Assembly: GCA_964252035.1 (NCBI GenBank)
Contig: OZ176207.1
From: Podarcis erhardii
Taxonomy: Eukaryota
Length of the DNA: 64,000 nucleotides
Strand: one strand, 5' to 3'
A program made the translations under genes and the position numbers. This document shows, piece after piece, positions 24,685 through 35,400 of this stretch (within the stretch, counting starts at the first letter, position 1; each line of letters starts with the position of its first letter). The notes below the pieces were generated by a model. The model was not told where the DNA came from. It saw only the letters and a list, made by a program, of their open reading frames with translations, and searched no databases.

Positions 24685-27135
24685 CTGCCTGGGATGGTTC
24701 AGTGTATCAGTACGAGATAAGAAAGTGTCAAAGTCTCTCGTCAGAGTACTTGGTTGAGGGTAATCCACAGGCCTCATAAAGGTGAAATCACTTCTGTCCG
24801 AGCCGGGAGAATAGCTGGCTCTATAGCACTGGCTCTGGGAGTCTGTGGGCCTGAGTGTGACCTCCATGTATTTCAATGTGCCATCTGAGTTCAGTTGAAG
24901 TTTAGGGCTGGATTGTTTGAAAACATCCCTGGCAGGAGCACTACTCAGGCTGCAGCAAGAAGAACCCCTGGCTTTTTTATTCCGAAAGCATTTTGCAGAC
25001 AGGATTATGAACGTAACGAGGGACACAATGCTAACTGCCACCAGCGCAATAATCAGATAGAGGGTCAGGTCAGATTTTTCTTTGGGGTGAGTCAGGAAAT
25101 CATGAGACTGGGGCCTTTCCTCAGTTACTTTATCCTCCAATGAGACCACAATGGTGACGGTGGTAGACAAAGGTGGTTCTCCATTGTCCTTCACTAGTAC
25201 AAGGATTTTCTGTGCCGGGAGATCTGTTTCCTGGAACTCCCGAACAGTCCAAATTTCCCCAGTGTAGGGAGCCACTCGGAACAAGGAGGGGTCAGTAGAC
25301 TGGGAAAGCAAGGAGTAAGAAAGCCAGGCATTGTGGCCCGAGTCTGCATCCACGGCAGTGACTTTGGTGACCACGTAGCCTGCCGATGCAGACTGAGGGA
25401 TCCTCTGGATTGCAGACAGTTCCCGACCAGTCACTGGGTGCAAAACAACAGGCGTGTTATCATTCTGATCCATTATGAAGAGGTAGACAGTGACACTGGA
25501 GCTCAGTTGGGGTGACCCAGCATCATGCACCATGATGGGGATTTGCAGCACCTGCAGCATTTCATAGTCAAAAGAGTGCTGGGCATAGACATTCCCATTG
25601 TCTGGGTTGACGTAAATGAAAGAAGAGACTGGAGCATCTTGAATTGGGCTTCCTGCCACTGAGTACATGAGCCGGGAATTGTCCCCCTCGTCAGGATCAG
25701 AGGCCGCCACAGTGCATAGCAGAGAGCCAGGTGGATTGTTCTCCTTCAAGAAGGAGTTGTAGAAGGGCTGAGAGAAGTACGGGGCATTGTCATTAACATC
25801 TGAAATGTTCAGCATGATGGTGACATCTGTGGTTAGAGGTGGGGACCCTGAATCTTGGGCCATCAACTTGATAGTGTATCGAGAAACTGTTTCTCTATCC
25901 AGCTTCTCAGTGGTAATCAAAGAATAGTGGTTTTCAAAAGATTTAATTTTAAAGGGCAAGTTGGGTGATATTTGTAAGCTCACCTTTCCATTGGCACCTG
26001 AATCTTGGTCTCGCACATTGAAAAGCCCTACCACTGTCTCTAAAGGGGTGTTTTCTGGCACGGGGTTTACCAGAGAGGTAAGGAGAACCTCTGGAGGGTG
26101 GTCGTTCTCATCTTCAACTTCCATTTGGATTACACAATGGCCTTCCATTTGAGGAATGCCCTTGTCCCTGGCCCTTACATGAAGCTCATAAAAATGAGAT
26201 TCTTCGAAATCCACAACTCCTTGGACACGGATCTCACCTGTGTGGGGATCCAAGCCAAACAACTTCTGGATGGAATCAGGTGTGTGGATTCCAAAGGAAT
26301 ACTGTATTTCCCCATTAGAACCTGCATCAGGGTCAGTTGCATTAAGTCTGAAAAGCAAAGAGCCTACAGGGATGTTCTCCAAAAATCTTATCTTGTACAA
26401 AGGAAGGTCAAATGCAGGCTCATTATCATTATTATCCAGGACCACAATGGTGATCAGAGCTGTTCCTGACAGTACAGGATCCCCCCCATCACAGGCAGTC
26501 AGGATGAGCTGGTGTTCCGATTGTTGCTCTCGGTCCAAAGGTTGCTCTAGCACCAGCTCAGGTAAAAGCTTGCCATCGTTCACATTCTTTACATTAAGTG
26601 AGAAGTGGGGGTTGGGGCTGAGTCGGTAGACACTGACTGCATTGGTCCCCACGTCCGCATCATGAGCGCTCTCCAGTGGAAAGCGAGACCCTGTGGCGGC
26701 AGACTCTGCTATCCTCAGCACAAGCTTGGGGGTGAGGAAACCGGGGGAATTGTCATTTAAGTCCAGGATCTCTACCTCCAGGTGAAAGAGCTCCAAGGGA
26801 TTTTCTATGACTACTTGGACTGGCAAAATGCACCCCGAGCTTGCTCCACACAGGGTCTCTCGGTCTATCTTTTCATTCACTATCAGAGCACCGTTGGCCA
26901 AGTTAACTGCAAAGTACCTCTTGCTCTCCTCAGAGCCCAGCCTCAGCCTGCGACGGGAAAGGTCTGCCACCGTTAAGCCCAAGTCCTGAGCCACCTTTCC
27001 CACCACGGTGCCCAGCTCCGATTCCTCCACCACGGAATAGTGGATCTGTCCTGTAACCAACGCCCGGCTGAACAGCAAAAACAAACCCAGTACTTGCCAT
27101 TTGAAAGAGGGTTGCCAGGACAAATGTGGCTCCAT
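24685..27135 (-). CDS. PCDHGC5: Protocadherin gamma C5 variable exon (817 codons)
   Basis: C5-specific YSVVEESE, RLGSEE, EGHCVIQ, TVVGLFNVRD, GSLLCTVAASDPD, and tail KQSSPKLQLNSDGTLKYMEVTLRPTDSQSQCY. Donor CAG|GTGAGG. Confidence 0.96.
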
Positions 27136-28663
27136 TTCAGAAAAAAGTCCCCTTCCAGAAGGAGTCTTTGTGATATCCCAGGGATAAGGAGGCTCCAGGA
27201 CCTGGACGAATGCTGTTTTTTAAATCCCTCGGTATTTCCTTCCAAATGAGTTAAAGTAGCTTTTGAGCTTGCCTAGCTGCAGCAACAGAATGTTAGTCAG
27301 AGAGTTGAGGGGGTGGATTGGGGGAGGGAAGCTGAATTACAGCCATAGCGACGGAGGAGGAAAGTCAAGGCAGAAAGAGCTGATCCCCCCTCCCCCCAAA
27401 ATCTGGATCAGCACCTGACTAGATGACAGCTCCATCCACTCTCCACCAGTGACAAGTCCACCTACACTCTTAAAGCTGCTGCAGCACATGAAGTTGGGAG
27501 ACCAGGACTGATCACCCCCATACCTCAACCCTAAATGTAACCAAGAGGCTGGTTTGCCACTGGTTTTGGCAGCTAAGTTTAGCAGCTCAGATTCTTGTTC
27601 TCAAGGAAACAGCACGTCCGGGAAGCATGAACGGTACAAATCCTCATTGTTCACATTAGCTAGATTCATTCCATCTCATCTGAACAAAAGACAAACTCTC
27701 AGCTGTAGGGGATACAGAATCATAGTCTCTCTGGCGAACAACTGGTCTGATTTTTCACTTGCAGTGAAAAAGGTATTTGTTACAGTCGAAAAGAGGAAAG
27801 ATAGGGAGAAACTCTCACAGAAAGTGCTTTAGCATTTTGCAACGCAGCTTCAATAAATGCATTTAAAACTCTTAGTCATTACCAAGGCAAAACAGACCCT
27901 TTCAGAATGTTCATTTTCAAATGCAGACATGGGAACCTCCACCACACAGTGAAGAATGCACAATCTTCAAAATTGCTTAAGGCCTCCCAGCTCTATTCAT
28001 TGGCCTTTCCAAAATTAGAACACCACAATCAATGCAGCAGTATTTCTAAGTAGAACCATTGTAACCCAAAGACCATGGTGTGGCTTTGAATGTCAGGGAC
28101 CCACATACCAAGTAGTTTTTAAGCTGTGGTGTTAAGGCACTTTCCAATAATGCGACACCCAAGTACAGATTCACAGAACTGTGATGGACTCAGTGAGTGG
28201 ACCATTTTTCTTAAGATGGGGTGCCTCATTCTTGATGCACCCCCGACTTATGATCCTTAGCACTTTTTCTTTCCCCTCTTTCCACCAAGCTTTCAAAAAC
28301 ATCAGAAAAACAAATATTTGACAACCTCCCCTGGAAAATCATTTAACTGCTGGATTTATTTTTCGGTTAGAAACTTTTTGCTGCTTGTTAATCTAAATCT
28401 AAGTACCAGTAGTTTAAAAGCATTACTTCTTGCCAAATATCCACAGGGTGAACAACTGCTAATCTTCCCAAGCTTCTTCTAAAATAGCCTATCTCCTTGA
28501 AGAATCTAAAATCCAACAAAATGCTTTTTAATTTACAAACTGACCACCTTAATACAAAGGCTGCCTGACATTGCCATTGCATCTGTGACCTTATCTCTGG
28601 AGATTGTTACAGAATCACAGGGTGCTACATGACATAGTTATAGAACAGTATTTCATGCCTCAC

Positions 28664-31108
28664 CTCGTTTGGCTCTTGGGAAAGGCTGCAGGCCGGAAGT
28701 GTGCCTGTGCTGTTGATATCCTGCTGAGTGACTGGTGTAGCTATCCTGAAATTCCTCCCTACTGAAAAGTGGGTCTGGCCAGGCCTTAGGAGGGTAAAAG
28801 GAGAAACAACATCTCCCCCAATGAAGGCTGTAGGGAATTCCATTTTTTCCTCCTGGCTCAAGCGTACTGAGAACGTGTCAAAGTGTCCTCCCACAGGAAT
28901 AGAGTTCCTACCCTTCAGGTCGCTGGTCCAACCCACATCTGAGTGTCTTCCTTTCAATCTTTTAAGACACTTCATAGATAAAAACACAAAGGCTAGAGCA
29001 GAAAGTCCTGAGATTGTGATTAGAGCAATAATGAGTTGCAAGGTCAGGTGAGATAGCCCTTCTTGTTCCATGCTGGACTCTCTGAGGTCTGCTGTGCCCA
29101 ACTCATGCTCATGCTCTAGATTAAGAATCAGAGTGGCTGTGGCAGACAGAGGTGGCTTCCCATTGTCCAAGATCTCAACAACCAACTCTTGGGAAGGGGC
29201 GTCTTGTTCCAGGAGGGCTCGGACGGTTCGGATCTCTCCTGTGAACGCCGAGACTTGGAAAAGGCTTGGGTCTGTGGCTTGCAGCAACTTATAAGAAACC
29301 CATGCATTCTGCCCAGAGTCTGCATCCACAGCTGTGACTTTGGTTACCAGGTAACCTCCTTGTGCAGAAAAAGGGACTGGCTGCTGGGCTAGGACCCCCT
29401 TCTTGGTTACAGGGTATACAACGAGAGGAGCATTATCATTCTGGTCTATGATGAAGATGGAGACAGTCACGTTGGCACAGAGTGGAGGAGAACCATTATC
29501 CTTAGCTTGAATCTGGAAAACCAGTTGCTGGGTTTGCTCATAGTCAAATGAGCAGCCACTGTAGATAGTACCGTTCTCCATAACATAGACATAGGAGGAA
29601 ATGGGCATTCCATTTACGATATGCTCCACTAACGAATAAGACAGGTGTGAGTTCTGCCCCAGATCAGGGTCAAAGGCAGATATAGAAATGATTGGCAGCC
29701 CCAGAGCATTGTTCTCAGCTACGAGGGTCTCATATGCAGGCTGTGAGAAGTGGGGTGGGTTATCGTTCAGGTCAGATATATTTATAAGGAAGTTTCTTTG
29801 ACTGGAGAGAGGTGGAGAACCAGAATCCGTAGCTGTGATCATAACTTTGTACTGTGAGATTTCCTCCCGATCTAGGGGGCCACTGGTGATCAAAGAGTAG
29901 TGGTTCTTGAAGGAAGGTACAATCTGGAAGGGGACATCTGCAGGGAGATGAAGCTGTACCTCTCCATTTTCCCCAGAATCTGCATCACTGACTCTGAGGA
30001 GCCCTGCTGTGGTACCTGGGGGAGCATCTTCTGGTATGGTGGTGGTGAGGGAAGTGAACCTAATGATAGGCTCATTGTCATTCACATCCACTACCTCCAC
30101 TAAGATGTTGCAGTGTGCATCCATGGAAGGTGACCCTTGGTCTTTGGCCCTCACATCAATTTCATACAATGTGTCATCTTCGTAATCCACACTTCCCAGG
30201 ACTCTTATCTCCCCGGTCTCCTCATTAAGGCTGAACATTTTCCGGATTTTCTGTGGAGTGTGGTTGCTGAAGGAGTAGGAAACTTTCCCATTTGCCCCCT
30301 CATCATTGTCTGTAGCTTGTAAATGTATCACAAGGGCCCCCACTGGGGCATTTTCTAGAAGGCTAACTTTGTACACCGACTGGTTAAAGACAGGTGGATT
30401 GTCATTGGCGTCTATGACTGACACGAGAATCTTTGCTGTCCCGGATTTAGCAGGAACTCCTCCATCCAGGGCTGTAAGCACCAGTGGGTAGCGCTGCTGT
30501 TGTTCTCTATCCAGCGCCTTTTCTAACACCAGCTCAGGTTTGCTGCCACCTTTATGTGACTTAACACTGAGGCTGAATTGTCCACGTGGACTCAGCTGGT
30601 AGGTGCTGACTGAATTCATGCCAATATCCAAATCTTCAGCACTTTCCAGGGGGAAGCGGGCCCCTGGCATTGCAGACTCTGCTATCTCCAAATGGGTGAG
30701 ACTGGTAAGAAAAACTGGGTCGTTGTCATTCACATCCAAGAGCTCAACTTCCACACGATGGGAGGCTGTTGGGTTTGCAAGTAGGAGCTCCAGATAGAGC
30801 AGGCAGTGTAAGCTGGGTCCACAAAGCTGCTCTCGGTCCAGCCGTTCTTTCACGACCAAGACACCATTTGGCACCTTGGCTTCGAAGTACTTTTCAGCAG
30901 AGCCAGCCATGATCTGCAGCTGTCGGGAGACCACCCGAGCAGCATCTAGACCCAAGTCTTTAGCCACATCCCCAACAAAGGCCCCAGGAGCTAACTCCTC
31001 AGGAATTGAATAATGGAGCTGGTCTCCAGCACACTGGAGAGAGACAGAAACCAAAAGCAAAGCTCTTACTTGCCATGGCAGGAGTAGTCTTTCTTCCAGA
31101 GACAGCAT
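28664..31108 (-). CDS. Extra C-type-like protocadherin gamma variable exon X1 (815 codons)
   Basis: Intact signal peptide, EC1-6, TM and tail. Donor GAG|GTGAGG, phase 0. Lacks the diagnostic EC1 and tail motifs of C3, C4 and C5. Confidence 0.9.
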
Positions 31109-31254
31109 AATGTCGCCAAAATTTCCTCTTCCTTTGCTGGACCTCTATCCTCTCTGATTCCAGCACAGCCAAGGAAACGACACAGAATCCTGGGTTAGAT
31201 CGCGCAAGGGATGAGAAAGCGGCGCACCATCTGCATCTTTTCTCTGTTTTTCTT

Positions 31255-31285
31255 CCACAGAAAACAGCGGCGGTGCCTAGTCCGT
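31255..31285 (-). promoter_or_regulatory. CSE-like element upstream of exon X1
   Basis: Minus strand GACTAGGCACCGCCGCTGTTTTC keeps the GCCGCTGTT core and the upstream GACT of the other two CSEs; ~155 bp from the ATG. Confidence 0.6.
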
Positions 31286-31799
31286 ATCGGAATCAAGAGG
31301 GGAGGAGCTTTGTTGTCCATCAAAGCAGATACAGGGCTCCTGGAATCAAGGAAGCGCCTGGCTGTTTGCAATGGACCACCCATTCTCCCCCTCCCCAGCT
31401 TCAGCAATGGTGTGGGGGAGGTCTTAAAGCGCCAGTGCAAATGTTGAAGAAGAGCTGGGAGCCCACTTGCCAGCTGTCAGTGACTGGATTTCCCAAGATA
31501 ATTATATGAACAATAAATCCTATGTCATTACAAGCTTTTGAATTCATTAATGAATGTCACAAGCATTTAAATTCAATAATGAACACTCTTTGTTTGGAAT
31601 GGTTGGGGTTATAAGCTAAACCAGCAAACTGCATATTTTGCAGATTTTTTTTAAAAAAACCAGAATGCAACAAATACCAGTGGCTGCACAATTGATATAC
31701 TGCCATTTGCTGGATATAAGATCACGTTAAAAGACCCATTGATTGTCTGCCTGAATTTCCTTTAAATGAATGGCATTCCATAACCGGTGCAGGAGAGCT

Positions 31800-33460
31800 C
31801 TTCAAAGCTCATTCCCACTATGGCCTTTGTTCTCCAAATGGAGTATACTAAGAGTCTCTCCATATTTCCTTTCCTAAATTTCAGGAGTTTTGCAGCCAGT
31901 GCACAAAACAGAATAAACCATGACATCACAAAGGAAATTTTTAAGCCTCTGGAGTCAAAGGTTAGGAGGAGCAAGGTTAAAAAGAGTTTTATGAGCAAGA
32001 ACCTGGTCCCTGAGGTTCCCAACAAACAGCTTCCATAGTGGAGACAACTAAGATAATAGTTAGGGAAGGGGTCAGGTCAAGAAGATTCATGGACTTCCTG
32101 GAAAAGATGAAAGAAATCTATGAATAGAAGTATTTTCTCTCCCCTAAAGGTAGACAATGCCTTCTGAATGTTGTCATGGTGGACTTCAGTGAAGAGGTAG
32201 ATGAGGCACACTGCTGTTGAAAAAGTGGTGTCCTCTGTCTTATGTGCATTAGAAGCACCTGGATTTGCTCCTAGTGGCATCATGTGAGGATGAGAAGCTG
32301 GGCACCTCCTGTGTGTGAGATTTCACAGTAGAAATGAAACAGACAGAATGTATTTACGGTGATGGTTCTTCTCCAGGAGTACTGTGCAGATAATATAGGG
32401 CAATGATCACAGGTTGTTCGTATTGCATTTGTTATTCTGTTAGCTAGATTGGTCTTCACTGTCCAGAGGAGTATTTGTGACTAAAACCTGGTTTTGAAAC
32501 ATGGCCCATGGCTTTAAACACAGGCATCTGGGAATACTGGCAATCACTGCTGCTCCACTGCCTCTGGAGTGAGCTGCTTGCTATGTGCAGAGACATGCTC
32601 TCTGGCATGGACAAAGTTTGTTTTGACCAAGGTACAATCTTTTGGGTATTTGGGGACATAAAAAATGTGCACCACCATATGTTCCATGGCAAAGACGCCC
32701 ACCTCATTTTAACATTAAACTTATAGCTTCTATTTTATAGGCAAGCCTCCTTTTCACCACAGCTGTGACTTCCCAATAGTCACATAATGCCACAGCTGGA
32801 GTATAGTTGCATCGGGTGGAGTCCCCCTATATACGGAATTGCCATACTAAGTAAGGTGTTGCTCCAATATAGAGCTTTCAGGACCAAGCAATGCTCAACT
32901 TCCTTAATTCCCGGTCAATGTTTTCCAAAGAAGCAAGTTCAGATCTCTTCACATCAACAGAAAAGAAAGTCTTAACAAGTAAGTGATGATGGAACTGCTG
33001 CTTGTTCTACTAACCAAGGAATGTTAATTTCTCTGATTCTAAATATCTCTCTGTGTCACAGGCCCTGGAGAGGGTAGGAATCGTCAACACCTGCATTTCC
33101 AACTTCTGCCTGATACATTTCCATGGATCTTACATCCATCTTGACTCCATGAAGGAGCTTGGCTCACATGTACACAGGGACTCACGGTTTACAGGTTCCT
33201 TTCAAAGCAGTAAAAATCTATTTCCACAGTTATCATCTCACTAATCAACTATTATATAGCAGTTGTTTGGGGATGCAATTTCCCGTTCTTTGCTATGATT
33301 TCTATGTAACCTAAACTCACCCTTCTAGTCCACTTGGACTAGTGATGGTCAGGGATTGGCACAGTGCCTGGGCAGAGAGCGCAGAACAATTAGCAGCATC
33401 CACAAAACTCCTGCAGGGTGGAAGCACCTTGAGATTCTGGACTCAGGCTACATCAAGAGC
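31800..33460 (-). pseudogene. PCDHGC4: Decayed PCDHGC4 orthologue (pseudo-exon)
   Basis: Collinear minus-strand remnants resembling human gamma-C4: NRESLC (33172-33192), EMYQAEV (33101-33121; human EMYRAEV), DVKRS/EL..LE..DRE (32908-32955; human DVKKRSDG..PELLLEKPLDRE), AMEH (~32680), PES and an SG..IPD-like segment, FQNQ/LVTNTPLDSEDQSS (32440-32499; human FRNQFSLVTAGPLDREAKSS), and a TM-like ISFV..F.AL.AKLL (~31880-31945). Lies between C3 and C5. Many stops and frameshifts. Confidence 0.75.
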
Positions 33461-34049
33461 AATTTTCTTCAGCTCAAGAGTTTGTATTTGTATATTACAA
33501 CACCAAAAATCACAATATCAAATACATTCCTTGACTTACTGATTCTGCCTTTTCTAATGCCTGAGGATACACATTAAAAAAAACTTAAGGATACTATTGT
33601 TTATAATGAATGTTGTTATCTTGATAATACCAATGTCTTTATACACTCTTGCTTATCTTGAATTCACCTGCACATAACATTCAACTTTGCAATCCTATTT
33701 ATTTTCAGAATCCATTTAGTCGCAAATAGCACGCATACTGTACAGATATTTCTAACTAGTTATATACAGTCTTGGTTCACAGAGCTACGAACGCTGCATA
33801 GCAAGCTAAGTGGCTTTGAAAGATGCAAAGCCACTTGGCTTGGTTTAACTAACACACATGAATTATACTACAGGACACTGTGCTAAACTTCACAGGAAAC
33901 AGTATTTGATGAGAAGCATTCAAATCAGTTCCTAATGCACACTTGTGCCATTTAACTTAATGGAATGGAAAAGAAATTCTGTATTCTAAACCCTTGTCTT
34001 TAATGAAATCACAATAAATATTTGGTGCAAAGGAAAACATTTCAACAAT

Positions 34050-34720
34050 AGAAATAGGAGACCTTGTAATTAGGATTTGAGAAGAGTGGGGAGACTGATA
34101 TCTCACTTCAAAATCTGAAATGTGATTGAGTTTGATTGCTTTAGACTTTTTGGACAGTCAATGACTATTTTCTAGGTTCAAGATTGTAGACAAGCAAGCA
34201 AGAGGGAAATTTGAAATGTTGGGGGTCAACATACAGTAAGTTTCATTACATTCTCCCATCCCCCTACACTAAACTTGTTTGTGAAAGGCACCATAAGATC
34301 TTGAGTGGGGTCTCTGGGCAGGGATTGTGTATGTTTATTGCTGTCAAATCTCATCCAGTGGCAGATGGCTAGACAGCATGATGTTAGCCAGCTCTTTCCA
34401 CTCTTTGTCTTCCATTATCTTTACAGAAAAACAAATATGGTAACATTCTTGCATTGCTCTAGATTAGATGTATCTAATCATAAAGTTTCTGATCTTGGAT
34501 TCTCCTGTGTTGCTTTGGCTGCATATATGCTCATCTTAATTTTCAAAGTGAGATTTCTTCTTTCCAATCTCAACATCCTATAATTTAGGGATACTTGTTA
34601 CAAACTAGAAGACCAGTGTGTTTGGCAATAAACCCCACAGCATATGAAGCTGTCGCTTGCATTTATTTCAGTGCACAAAGCGCAGCAGGTCCTGGACCCT
34701 TGCAACATATTTTCAAGCAC
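34050..34720 (-). pseudogene. Very old protocadherin variable-exon relic (EC1-EC3), subtype unresolved
   Basis: Collinear minus-strand fragments: FSVK..KEL (~34405-34440), a GCCACTGGATG ALDG-like piece, VYxxxLENS (34163-34195), and IKLN followed by a SDFE-like piece (ATDLDEG equivalent; 34110-34136). Many indels; read by eye. Confidence 0.5.
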
Positions 34721-35361
34721 ATATGATTTTAATAAGTACAGCCTCCTCAACTGAAAATGTAATGGACACACTAAATGTTCACGTTGTTTCAGTAATACGT
34801 GAAGGAGCCCTGATTATATTTGGTGAGAGTCTGCCCTGGTTTTGCATATTTTAGAGCCAGATGGCCTACTAATGAAAAGCCTCTGTGCATCATTCTAACT
34901 TTTGTTAAAAAACACTAAAGAAACTAATGGTTCTGCCTGTACAGATTAAGTGTGGGATCTGGTGCAGCTTTAAGAGTACATCAGCTTAGGGTCATCATAT
35001 TGTGCTGGAATTGCTAATGCCTATTGACAGGACACACACGGACACACAAACACACCTCTCTTCCGCTGTCTCTTTTGCCCGCCCCATTTTCTGATCATAG
35101 TCATTTTCTTAACAATCTCCCAGACTATGTAATTTTGGGTAGGAAAACGTAGCTAAAACAATTTCCAAGGATCTCAGGGTTCACATGTCAACCATTTCAA
35201 GCAAAGCAACATGTATGGCAGTTAAGAAAGCCTAATTATGAATTGATAACAGCAATGCAACCCTTTTGGCAAAGAATAGTAATAATAAACAATAATAATT
35301 TAAATCTCAACAACAAATTAAAAGTACAGATGAAATCACTAATCAGTTATTGATGAATTAA

Positions 35362-35363
<2 letters not shown>

Positions 35364-35399
<36 letters not shown>

Positions 35400-35400
35400 C
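35364..35400. repeat. (CAT)n microsatellite
   Basis: Direct reading. Confidence 0.95.

Noticed and set aside
28664-31108. Calling X1 the PCDHGC4 orthologue because it lies between C3 and C5
   Set aside because: It shares some EC5-6 words with C4 but lacks the C4 EC1, EC2 and tail motifs, which the adjacent relic does carry.
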